From Yuukianura sp. NJ FZ-2021 (taxonomy: Eukaryota): DNA of 64,000 nt. Under the pieces are notes generated by a model that had not been told where the DNA came from, did no database searches, and worked only from the letters and a program-made list of their open reading frames with translations. How positions within the stretch are numbered: position 1 is the stretch's first letter; each line of letters starts with the position of its first letter. Below are positions 30,001-42,124 of the stretch, piece after piece. The stretch is from NCBI GenBank assembly GCA_046563655.1, contig CM102290.1:11222001-11286000 (forward strand), in the 5' to 3' direction. The position numbers and the translations under genes were made by a program.

Positions 30001-33000
30001 TAAATAGCATAATTCCAAATTCCAAAAAGTTAAAAGTTTAGTAGGAAAATCACTCTTTCTAAATAGCATAATTCCAAATTCCAAAAAGTTAAAAGTTTAG
30101 TAGGAAAATCACTCTTTCTAAATAGCATAATTCCAAATTCCAAAAAGTTAAAAGTTTAGTAGGAAAATCACTCTTTCTAAACAGCATAATTCCAAATTCC
30201 AAAAAGTTAAAAGTTTAGTAGGAAAATCACTCTTTCTAAATAGCATAATTCCAAATTCCAAAAAGTTAAAAGTTTAGTAGGAAAATCACTCTTTCTAAAT
30301 AGCATAATTCCAAATTCCAAAAAGTTAAAAGTTTAGTAGGAAAATCACTCTTTCTAAACAGCATAATTCCAAATTCCAAAAAGTTAAAAGTTTAGTAGGA
30401 AAATCACTCTTTCTAAACAGCATAATTCCAAATTCCAAAAAGTTAAAAGTTTAGTAGGAAAATCACTCTTTCTAAATAGCATAATTCCAAATTCCAAAAA
30501 GTTAAAAGTTTAGTAGGAAAATCACTCTTTCTAAATAGCATAATTCCAAATTCCAAAAAGTTAAAAGTTTAGTAGGAAAATCACTCTTTCTAAACAGCAT
30601 AATTCCAAATTCCAAAAAGTTAAAAGTTTAGTAGGAAAATCACTCTTTCTAAATAGCATAATTCCAAATTCCAAAAAGTTAAAAGTTTAGTAGGAAAATC
30701 ACTCTTTCTAAACAGCATAATTCCAAATTCCAAAAAGTTAAAAGTTTAGTAGGAAAATCACTCTTTCTAAACAGCATAATTCCAAATTCCAAAAAGTTAA
30801 AAGTTTAGTAGGAAAATCACTCTTTCTAAATAGCATAATTCCAAATTCCAAAAAGTTAAAAGTTTAGTAGGAAAATCACTCTTTCTAAATAGCATAATTC
30901 CAAATTCCAAAAAGTTAAAAGTTTAGTAGGAAAATCACTCTTTCTAAATAGCATAATTCCAAATTCCAAAAAGTTAAAAGTTTAGTAGGAAAATCACTCT
31001 TTCTAAATAGCATAATTCCAAATTCCAAAAAGTTAAAAGTTTAGTAGGAAAATCACTCTTTCTAAATAGCATAATTCCAAATTCCAAAAAGTTAAAAGTT
31101 TAGTAGGAAAATCACTCTTTCTAAATAGCATAATTCCAAATTCCAAAAAGTTAAAAGTTTAGTAGGAAAATCACTCTTTCTAAATAGCATAATTCCAAAT
31201 TCCAAAAAGTTAAAAGTTTAGTAGGAAAATCACTCTTTCTAAATAGCATAATTCCAAATTCCAAAAAGTTAAAAGTTTAGTAGGAAAATCACTCTTTCTA
31301 AATAGCATAATTCCAAATTCCAAAAAGTTAAAAGTTTAGTAGGAAAATCACTCTTTCTAAATAGCATAATTCCAAATTCCAAAAAGTTAAAAGTTTAGTA
31401 GGAAAATCACTCTTTCTAAACAGCATAATTCCAAATTCCAAAAAGTTAAAAGTTTAGTAGGAAAATCACTCTTTCTAAACAGCATAATTCCAAATTCCAA
31501 AAAGTTAAAAGTTTAGTAGGAAAATCACTCTTTCTAAATAGCATAATTCCAAATTCCAAAAAGTTAAAAGTTTAGTAGGAAAATCACTCTTTCTAAACAG
31601 CATAATTCCAAATTCCAAAAAGTTAAAAGTTTAGTAGGAAAATCACTCTTTCTAAATGACATAATTCCAAATTCCAAAAAGTTAAAAGTTTAGTAGGAAA
31701 ATCACTCTTTCTAAATAGCATAATTCCAAATTCCAAAAAGTTAAAAGTTTAGTAGGAAAATCACTCTTTCTAAACAGCATAATTCCAAATTCCAAAAAGT
31801 TAAAAGTTTAGTAGGAAAATCACTCTTTCTAAATAGCATAATTCCAAATTCCAAAAAGTTAAAAGTTTAGTAGGAAAATCACTCTTTCTAAATAGCATAA
31901 TTCCAAATTCCAAAAAGTTAAAAGTTTAGTAGGAAAATCACTCTTTCTAAATAGCATAATTCCAAATTCCAAAAAGTTAAAAGTTTAGTAGGAAAATCAC
32001 TCTTTCTAAACAGCATAATTCCAAATTCCAAAAAGTTAAAAGTTTAGTAGGAAAATCACTCTTTCTAAATAGCATAATTCCAAATTCCAAAAAGTTAAAA
32101 GTTTAGTAGGAAAATCACTCTTTCTAAATGACATAATTCCAAATTCCAAAAAGTTAAAAGTTTAGTAGGAAAATCACTCTTTCTAAATAGCATAATTCCA
32201 AATTCCAAAAAGTTAAAAGTTTAGTAGGAAAATCACTCTTTCTAAATAGCATAATTCCAAATTCCAAAAAGTTAAAAGTTTAGTAGGAAAATCACTCTTT
32301 CTAAATAGCATAATTCCAAATTCCAAAAAGTTAAAAGTTTAGTAGGAAAATCACTCTTTCTAAATAGCATAATTCCAAATTCCAAAAAGTTAAAAGTTTA
32401 GTAGGAAAATCACTCTTTCTAAATAGCATAATTCCAAATTCCAAAAAGTTAAAAGTTTAGTAGGAAAATCACTCTTTCTAAATAGCATAATTCCAAATTC
32501 CAAAAAGTTAAAAGTTTAGTAGGAAAATCACTCTTTCTAAACAGCATAATTCCAAATTCCAAAAAGTTAAAAGTTTAGTAGGAAAATCACTCTTTCTAAA
32601 TAGCATAATTCCAAATTCCAAAAAGTTAAAAGTTTAGTAGGAAAATCACTCTTTCTAAATAGCATAATTCCAAATTCCAAAAAGTTAAAAGTTTAGTAGG
32701 AAAATCACTCTTTCTAAACAGCATAATTCCAAATTCCAAAAAGTTAAAAGTTTAGTAGGAAAATCACTCTTTCTAAATAGCATAATTCCAAATTCCAAAA
32801 AGTTAAAAGTTTAGTAGGAAAATCACTCTTTCTAAATAGCATAATTCCAAATTCCAAAAAGTTAAAAGTTTAGTAGGAAAATCACTCTTTCTAAATAGCA
32901 TAATTCCAAATTCCAAAAAGTTAAAAGTTTAGTAGGAAAATCACTCTTTCTAAATAGCATAATTCCAAATTCCAAAAAGTTAAAAGTTTAGTAGGAAAAT

Positions 33001-36000
33001 CACTCTTTCTAAACAGCATAATTCCAAATTCCAAAAAGTTAAAAGTTTAGTAGGAAAATCACTCTTTCTAAACAGCATAATTCCAAATTCCAAAAAGTTA
33101 AAAGTTTAGTAGGAAAATCACTCTTTCTAAATAGCATAATTCCAAATTCCAAAAAGTTAAAAGTTTAGTAGGAAAATCACTCTTTCTAAATGACATAATT
33201 CCAAATTCCAAAAAGTTAAAAGTTTAGTAGGAAAATCACTCTTTCTAAATGACATAATTCCAAATTCCAAAAAGTTAAAAGTTTAGTAGGAAAATCACTC
33301 TTTCTAAATAGCATAATTCCAAATTCCAAAAAGTTAAAAGTTTAGTAGGAAAATCACTCTTTCTAAACAGCATAATTCCAAATTCCAAAAAGTTAAAAGT
33401 TTAGTAGGAAAATCACTCTTTCTAAACAGCATAATTCCAAATTCCAAAAAGTTAAAAGTTTAGTAGGAAAATCACTCTTTCTAAATAGCATAATTCCAAA
33501 TTCCAAAAAGTTAAAAGTTTAGTAGGAAAATCACTCTTTCTAAATAGCATAATTCCAAATTCCAAAAAGTTAAAAGTTTAGTAGGAAAATCACTCTTTCT
33601 AAATGACATAATTCCAAATTCCAAAAAGTTAAAAGTTTAGTAGGAAAATCACTCTTTCTAAATAGCATAATTCCAAATTCCAAAAAGTTAAAAGTTTAGT
33701 AGGAAAATCACTCTTTCTAAATGACATAATTCCAAATTCCAAAAAGTTAAAAGTTTAGTAGGAAAATCACTCTTTCTAAATGACATAATTCCAAATTCCA
33801 AAAAGTTAAAAGTTTAGTAGGAAAATCACTCTTTCTAAATAGCATAATTCCAAATTCCAAAAAGTTAAAAGTTTAGTAGGAAAATCACTCTTTCTAAATG
33901 ACATAATTCCAAATTCCAAAAAGTTAAAAGTTTAGTAGGAAAATCACTCTTTCTAAATAGCATAATTCCAAATTCCAAAAAGTTAAAAGTTTAGTAGGAA
34001 AATCACTCTTTCTAAATAGCATAATTCCAAATTCCAAAAAGTTAAAAGTTTAGTAGGAAAATCACTCTTTCTAAATAGCATAATTCCAAATTCCAAAAAG
34101 TTAAAAGTTTAGTAGGAAAATCACTCTTTCTAAATAGCATAATTCCAAATTCCAAAAAGTTAAAAGTTTAGTAGGAAAATCACTCCTTCTAAACAGCATA
34201 ATTCCAAATTCCAAAAAGTTAAAAGTTTAGTAGGAAAATCACTCTTTCTAAACAGCATAATTCCAAATTCCAAAAAGTTAAAAGTTTAGTAGGAAAATCA
34301 CTCTTTCTAAATAGCATAATTCCAAATTCCAAAAAGTTAAAAGTTTAGTAGGAAAATCACTCTTTCTAAACAGCATAATTCCAAATTCCAAAAAGTTAAA
34401 AGTTTAGTAGGAAAATCACTCTTTCTAAATAGCATAATTCCAAATTCCAAAAAGTTAAAAGTTTAGTAGGAAAATCACTCTTTCTAAATGACATAATTCC
34501 AAATTCCAAAAAGTTAAAAGTTTAGTAGGAAAATCACTCTTTCTAAATGGCATAATTCCAAATTCCAAAAAGTTAAAAGTTTAGTAGGAAAATCACTCTT
34601 TCTGAATGGCATAATTCCAAATTCCAAAAAGTTAAAAGTTTAGTAGGAAAATCACTCTTTCTAAATGGCATAATTCCAAATTCCAAAAAGTTAAAAGTTT
34701 AGTAGGAAAATCACTCTTTCTAAATGGCATAATTCCAAATTCCAAAAAGTTAAAAGTTTAGTAGGAAAATCACTCTTTCTAAATGGCATAATTCCAAATT
34801 CCAAAAAGTTAAAAGTTTAGTAGGAAAATCACTCTTTCTAAATAGCATAATTCCAAATTCCAAAAAGTTAAAAGTTTAGTAGGAAAATCACTCTTTCTAA
34901 ATAGCATAATTCCAAATTCCAAAAAGTTAAAAGTTTAGTAGGAAAATCACTCTTTCTAAATAGCATAATTCCAAATTCCAAAAAGTTAAAAGTTTAGTAG
35001 GAAAATCACTCTTTCTAAATAGCATAATTCCAAATTCCAAAAAGTTAAAAGTTTAGTAGGAAAATCACTCTTTCTGAATGACATAATTCCAAATTCCAAA
35101 AAGTTAAAAGTTTAGTAGGAAAATCACTCTTTCTAAATGACATAATTCCAAATTCCAAAAAGTTAAAAGTTTAGTAGGAAAATCACTCTTTCTAAATGAC
35201 ATAATTCCAAATTCCAAAAAGTTAAAAGTTTAGTAGGAAAATCACTCTTTCTAAATAGCATAATTCCAAATTCCAAAAAGTTAAAAGTTTAGTAGGAAAA
35301 TCACTCTTTCTAAATAGCATAATTCCAAATTCCAAAAAGTTAAAAGTTTAGTAGGAAAATCACTCTTTCTAAATGACATAATTCCAAATTCCAAAAAGTT
35401 AAAAGTTTAGTAGGAAAATCACTCTTTCTAAATAGCATAATTCCAAATTCCAAAAAGTTAAAAGTTTAGTAGGAAAATCACTCTTTCTAAATGACATAAT
35501 TCCAAATTCCAAAAAGTTAAAAGTTTAGTAGGAAAATCACTCTTTCTAAATAGCATAATTCCAAATTCCAAAAAGTTAAAAGTTTAGTAGGAAAATCACT
35601 TTTTCTAAATAGCATAATTCCAAATTCCAAAAAGTTAAAAGTTTAGTAGGAAAATCACTTTTTCTGAATTGACATAATTCCAAATTCCAAAAAGTTAAAA
35701 GTTTAGTAGGAAAATCACTCTTTCTAAATGACATAATTCCAAATTCCAAAAAGTTAAAAGTTTAGTAGGAAAATCACTCTTTCTAAATGACATAATTCCA
35801 AATTCCAAAAAGTTAAAAGTTTAGTAGGAAAATCACTCTTTCTAAACAGCATAATTCCAAATTCCAAAAAGTTAAAACTTTAGTAGGAAAATCACTCCTT
35901 CTAAATAGCATAATTCCAAATTCCAAAAAGTTAAAACTTTAGTAGGAAAATCACTCTTTCTAAATAGCATAATTCCAAATTCCAAAAAGTTAAAAGTTTA

Positions 36001-39000
36001 GTAGGAAAATCACTCTTTCTAAATGACATAATTCCAAATTCCAAAAAGTTAAAAGTTTAGTAGGAAAATCACTCTTTCTAAATAGCATAATTCCAAATTC
36101 CAAAAAGTTAAAAGTTTAGTAGGAAAATCACTCTTTCTAAATGACATAATTCCAAATTCCAAAAAGTTAAAAGTTTAGTAGGAAAATCACTCTTTCTAAA
36201 TAGCATAATTCCAAATTCCAAAAAGTTAAAAGTTTAGTAGGAAAATCACTCTTTCTAAATAGCATAATTCCAAATTCCAAAAAGTTAAAAGTTTAGTAGG
36301 AAAATCACTCTTTCTAAATAGCATAATTCCAAATTCCAAAAAGTTAAAAGTTTAGTAGGAAAATCACTCCTTCTAAACAGCATAATTCCAAATTCCAAAA
36401 AGTTAAAACTTTAGTAGGAAAATCACTCTTTCTAAATAGCATAATTCCAAATTCCAAAAAGTTAAAACTTTAGTAGGAAAATCACTCTTTCTAAATGACA
36501 TAATTCCAAATTCCAAAAAGTTAAAAGTTTAGTAGGAAAATCACTCTTTCTAAATAGCATAATTCCAAATTCCAAAAAGTTAAAAGTTTAGTAGGAAAAT
36601 CACTCCTTCTAAACAGCATAATTCCAAATTCCAAAAAGTTAAAAGTTTAGTAGGAAAATCACTCTTTCTAAATAGCATAATTCCAAATTCCAAAAAGTTA
36701 AAAGTTTAGTAGGAAAATCACTCTTTCTAAATAGCATAATTCCAAAAAGTTAAAAGTTTAGTAGGAAAATCACTCTTTCTAAATAGCATAATTCCAAAAA
36801 GTTAAAAGTTTAGTAGGAAAATCACTCTTTCTAAATAGCATAATTCCAAATTCCAAAAAGTTAAAAGTTTAGTAGGAAAATCACTCTTTCTAAACAGCAT
36901 AATTCCAAATTCCAAAAAGTTAAAACTTTAGTAGGAAAATCACTCCTTCTAAATAGCATAATTCCAAATTCCAAAAAGTTAAAACTTTAGTAGGAAAATC
37001 ACTCTTTCTAAATAGCATAATTCCAAATTCCAAAAAGTTAAAAGCTTAGTAGGAAAATCACTCTTTCTAAATGACATAATTCCAAATTCCAAAAAGTTAA
37101 AAGTTTAGTAGGAAAATCACTCTTTCTAAATAGCATAATTCCAAATTCCAAAAAGTTAAAAGTTTAGTAGGAAAATCACTCTTTCTAAATGACATAATTC
37201 CAAATTCCAAAAAGTTAAAAGTTTAGTAGGAAAATCACTCTTTCTAAATAGCATAATTCCAAATTCCAAAAAGTTAAAAGTTTAGTAGGAAAATCACTCT
37301 TTCTAAATAGCATAATTCCAAATTCCAAAAAGTTAAAAGTTTAGTAGGAAAATCACTCTTTCTAAATAGCATAATTCCAAATTCCAAAAAGTTAAAAGTT
37401 TAGTAGGAAAATCACTCTTTCTAAACAGCATAATTCCAAATTCCAAAAAGTTAAAACTTTAGTAGGAAAATCACTCTTTCTAAATAGCATAATTCCAAAT
37501 TCCAAAAAGTTAAAACTTTAGTAGGAAAATCACTCTTTCTAAATGACATAATTCCAAATTCCAAAAAGTTAAAAGTTTAGTAGGAAAATCACTCTTTCTA
37601 AATAGCATAATTCCAAATTCCAAAAAGTTAAAAGTTTAGTAGGAAAATCACTCCTTCTAAACAGCATAATTCCAAATTCCAAAAAGTTAAAAGTTTAGTA
37701 GGAAAATCACTCTTTCTAAATAGCATAATTCCAAATTCCAAAAAGTTAAAAGTTTAGTAGGAAAATCACTCTTTCTAAATAGCATAATTCCAAATTCCAA
37801 AAAGTTAAAAGTTTAGTAGGAAAATCACTCTTTCTAAATAGCATAATTCCAAAAAGTTAAAAGTTTAGTAGGAAAATCACTCTTTCTAAATAGCATAATT
37901 CCAAATTCCAAAAAGTTAAAAGTTTAGTAGGAAAATCACTCCTTCTAAACAGCATAATTCCAAATTCCAAAGAGTTAAAAGTTTAGTAGGAAAATCACTC
38001 TTTCTAAATAGCATAATTCCAAATTCCAAAAAGTTAAAAGTTTAGTAGGAAAATCACTCTTTCTAAATAGCATAATTCCAAATTCCAAAAAGTTAAAAGT
38101 TTAGTAGGAAAATCACTCTTTCTAAACAGCATAATTCCAAATTCCAAAAAGTTAAAACTTTAGTAGGAAAATCACTCTTTCTAAATAGCATAATTCCAAA
38201 TTCCAAAAAGTTAAAAGTTTAGTAGGAAAATCACTCCTTCTAAACAGCATAATTCCAAATTCCAAAAAGTTAAAAGTTTAGTAGGAAAATCACTCTTTCT
38301 AAATAGCATAATTCCAAATTCCAAAAAGTTAAAAGTTTAGTAGGAAAATCACTCTTTCTAAATAGCATAATTCCAAATTCCAAAAAGTTAAAAGTTTAGT
38401 AGGAAAATCACTCCTTCTAAACAGCATAATTCCAAATTCCAAAAAGTTAAAAGTTTAGTAGGAAAATCACTCTTTCTAAACAGCATAATTCCAAATTCCA
38501 AAAAGTTAAAACTTTAGTAGGAAAATCACTCTTTCTAAATAGCATAATTCCAAATTCCAAAAAGTTAAAAGTTTAGTAGGAAAATCACTCTTTCTAAATG
38601 ACATAATTCCAAATTCCAAAAAGTTAAAAGTTTAGTAGGAAAATCACTCTTTCTAAATGACATAATTCCAAATTCCAAAAAGTTAAAAGTTTAGTAGGAA
38701 AATCACTCTTTCTAAATGACATAATTCCAAATTCCAAAAAGTTAAAAGTTTAGTAGGAAAATCACTCTTTCTAAATGACATAATTCCAAATTCCAAAAAG
38801 TTAAAAGTTTAGTAGGAAAATCACTCTTTCTAAATAACATAATTCCAAATTCCAAAAAGTTAAAAGTTTAGTAGGAAAATCACTCTTTCTAAATAGCATA
38901 ATTCCAAATTCCAAAAAGTTAAAAGTTTAGTAGGAAAATCACTCTTTCTAAATAGCATAATTCCAAATTCCAAAAAGTTAAAAGTTTAGTAGGAAAATCA

Positions 39001-40608
39001 CTCCTTCTAAACAGCATAATTCCAAATTCCAAAAAGTTAAAAGTTTAGTAGGAAAATCACTCTTTCTAAACAGCATAATTCCAAATTCCAAAAAGTTAAA
39101 AGTTTAGTAGGAAAATCACTCTTTCTAAATAGCATAATTCCAAATTCCAAAAAGTTAAAAGTTTAGTAGGAAAATCACTCCTTCTAAACAGCATAATTCC
39201 AAATTCCAAAAAGTTAAAACTTTAGTAGGAAAATCACTCTTTCTAAATAGCATAATTCCAAATTCCAAAAAGTTAAAAGTTTAGTAGGAAAATCACTCTT
39301 TCTAAATGACATAATTCCAAATTCCAAAAAGTTAAAAGTTTAGTAGGAAAATCACTCTCTCTAAATAGCATAATTCCAAATTCCAAAAAGTTAAAAGTTT
39401 AGTAGGAAAATCACTCTTTCTAAATAGCATAATTCCAAATTCCAAAAAGTTCAAAGTTTAGTAGGAAAATCACTCTTTCTAAATGGCATAATTCCAAATT
39501 CCAAAAAGTTAAAAGTTTAGTAGGAAAATCACTTTTTCTAAATGGCATAATTCCAAATTCCAAAAAGTTAAAAGTTTAGTAGGAAAATCACTCTTTCTGA
39601 ATGGCATAATTCCAAATTCCAAAAAGTTAAAAGTTTAGTAGGAAAATCACTCTTTCTAAATAGCATAATTCCAAATTACAAAAAAGTTAAAAGTTTAGTA
39701 GGAAAATCACTCTTTCTAAATAGCATAATTCCAAATTCCAAAAAGTTAAAAGTTTAGTAGGAAAATCACTCCTTCTAAACAGCATAATTCCAAATTCCAA
39801 AAAGTTAAAAGTTTAGTAGGAAAATCACTCTTTCTAAATAGCATAATTCCAAATTCCAAAAAGTTAAAAGTTTAGTAGGAAAATCACTCCTTCTAAACAG
39901 CATAATTCCAAATTCCAAAAAGTTAAAAGTTTAGTAGGAAAATCACTCTCTCTAAATAGCATAATTCCAAATTCCAAAAAGTTAAAAGTTTAGTAGGAAA
40001 ATCACTCTTTCTAAATGACATAATTCCAAATTCCAAAAAGTTAAAAGTTTAGTAGGAAAATCACTCTCTCTAAATAGCATAATTCCAAATTCCAAAAAGT
40101 TAAAAGTTTAGTAGGAAAATCACTCTTTCTAAATGACATAATTTCAAATTCCAAAAAGTTAAAAGTTTAGTAGGAAAATCACTTTTTCTAAATAGCATAA
40201 TTCCAAATTCCAAAAAGTTAAAAGTTTAGTAGGAAAATCACTTTTTCTGAATGACATAATTCCAAATTCCAAAAAGTTAAAAGTTTAGTAGGAAAATCAC
40301 TCCTTCTAAACAGCATAATTCCAAATTCCAAAAAGTTAAAAGTTTAGTAGGAAAATCACTCTTTCTAAATAGCATAATTCCAAATTCCCAGAAAGTTAAA
40401 AGTTTAGTAGGAAAATCACTCTTTCTAAATGACATAATTCCAAATTCCAAAAAGTTAAAAGTTTAGTAGGAAAATCACTCTTTCTAAATAGCATAATTCC
40501 AAATTCCCAGAAAGTTAAAAGTTTAGTAGGAAAATCACTCTTTCTAAATGACATAATTCCAAATTCCAAAAAGTTAAAAGTTTAGTAGGAAAATCACACT
40601 TTTTAAAT
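1..40608 (+). repeat. 59-bp AT-rich tandem satellite array, ~688 copies, extends beyond the left edge of the window
   Basis: Monomer CCAAATTCCAAAAAGTTAAAAGTTTAGTAGGAAAATCACTCTTTCTAAATAGCATAATT repeated head-to-tail (shifts 1 nt per 60-nt line). No ORFs in the ORF track. Ends at ...AAATCACACTTTTTAAAT near 40608. Confidence 0.99.
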
Positions 40609-40629
40609 TCAGATTTGTGCTCACGTCAA

Positions 40630-40649
40630 CGCGGATTCTTTTATCCGCG
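40630..40649. other. GC-rich hairpin at the satellite/unique-sequence junction
   Basis: CGCGGAT-TCTTTT-ATCCGCG, a perfect 7-bp stem, within three short GCGGAT repeats ~20 nt from the array end. Confidence 0.6.
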
Positions 40650-40666
40650 GATTCAATCGCGGATAT

Positions 40667-40766
40667 TTAGTGTTAACAGCTTAGATCGTAACTATGCGGT
40701 CAGGGAATTTGAAATCAACAAACTATCGGTTGCAATGCAGTCCCGGACTTACAGGTGCTCATTAGT
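40667..40766 (+). mobile_element. ~100-bp dispersed repeat, copy 1; resembles a Helitron-like 3' terminus
   Basis: Roughly 80% identical by eye to 42024-42124. Short hairpin AGTCC-C-GGACT, then ends GTGCTCATTAGT (TTAG|T rather than canonical CTRR|T). The repeat is seen; the Helitron assignment is inference. Confidence 0.45.
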
Positions 40767-40767
40767 T

Positions 40768-41428
40768 AGATAAAATTTTAGAGTTCAGTGTCATTTAGTA
40801 CCAAGGGCATCAGATAGAATTTTAGAATTCAGTGTCATTTAATACCAAGGCCATCAGATAAAATTTTAGAGTTCAGTGTCATTTAATACCAAGGCCATCA
40901 GATAAAATTTTAGAGTTCAGTGTCATTTAATACCAAGGGCATCAGAAAAAATTTTAGAGGTCAGTGTCATTTAATACCAAGGGCATCAGAAAAAATTTTA
41001 GAGGTCAGTGTCATTTAATACCAAGGGCATCAGATAAAATTTTAGAGTTCAGTATCATTTAATACCAAGGGCATCAGATCAATTTTAGAGTTCAGTGTCA
41101 TTTAATACCAAGGCCATCAGATAAAATTTTAGAGTTCAGTGTGATTTAATACCAGGGGCATCAGATAAAATTTTAGAGTTCAGTGTGATTTAATACCAGG
41201 GGCATCAGATAAAATTTTAGAGTTCAGTGTGATTTAATACCAGGGGCATCAGATAAAATTTTAGAGTTCAGTGTCATTTAGTATCAAGGGCATCAGAAAA
41301 AATTTTAGAGGTCAGTGTCATTTAATACCAAGGGCATCAGAAAAAATTTTAGAGGTCAGTGTCATTTAATACCAAGGGCATTACATAAAATTTTAGAGTT
41401 CAGTGTCATTTAATACCAAGGGCATCAG
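40768..41428 (+). repeat. 44-bp minisatellite, ~15 copies
   Basis: Unit AGATAAAATTTTAGAGTTCAGTGTCATTTAATACCAAGGGCATC; starts at 40768, 40812 and onward, with local variant runs such as three GTGTGATTTAATACCAGGGG units. Confidence 0.97.
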
Positions 41429-42023
41429 CTACCTAAATACCAAAATGAATAGTCCTGCCTAAAATATTTTGTTAAAATATAGATTAGTCTGATGAATACC
41501 TAAATTTTTTTCTTGATGAAATCTAGCTATGTCTGACGAATACCTTAAAAAATTTTTCTTAATGAAATCTTGTATTATATTAATGTAATACTATGCTTAT
41601 ATTAAAATATTATAACATTGTTATAATATTATAATATTAGTATAACATATATTATTAGAATAAACCAATTCGGGTGCGCGATCTGCGGTGAGTATTATTA
41701 GCGCTGAATTGTGCTTAAGAGTTCACTGTGTGCACCACCCTTAATATTTTGAAATTTTGGCGAAAATCTTACTTTGTGCATGAGTTGCACCAAAATTTTA
41801 ATTTATGAATTTATTTATGGCGAAAATCGTCGAGGAAAATCAAAAAAAAATGTGTAAACACGAAACTCGCCCTTCTACGTCCCAACGACACAGATATAGA
41901 TGCGAATCTTTTCAAGGAAAGTTCTAGGGTTAATTTTTGTAATGTTGTTATGACGACATCCTGCACATTGTATTCGGAAGGCTGTTGTTTTTAGGTTTGT
42001 GTTGTTGTGTTTTGTGTAAAATT

Positions 42024-42124
42024 TTAGTGTAAACAATTAAATCAGTAACTATGCGCTCAAGGAATTTGAGGTAAACAAACCAATTGGTTGCTATGCATTC
42101 GCGGAATCACCAGTGCTCATTAGT
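42024..42124 (+). mobile_element. ~100-bp dispersed repeat, copy 2; Helitron-like 3' terminus
   Basis: TTAGTGTAAAC...GTAACTATGCG...GGAATTTGA...AACAAAC...GGTTGC..ATGCA...GTGCTCATTAGT, colinear with 40667-40766; hairpin ATTC-GCG-GAAT at the equivalent position. Confidence 0.45.

Noticed and set aside
1..40608. CRISPR-like array
   Set aside because: Contiguous monomers with no unique spacers, no cas genes, eukaryotic context.
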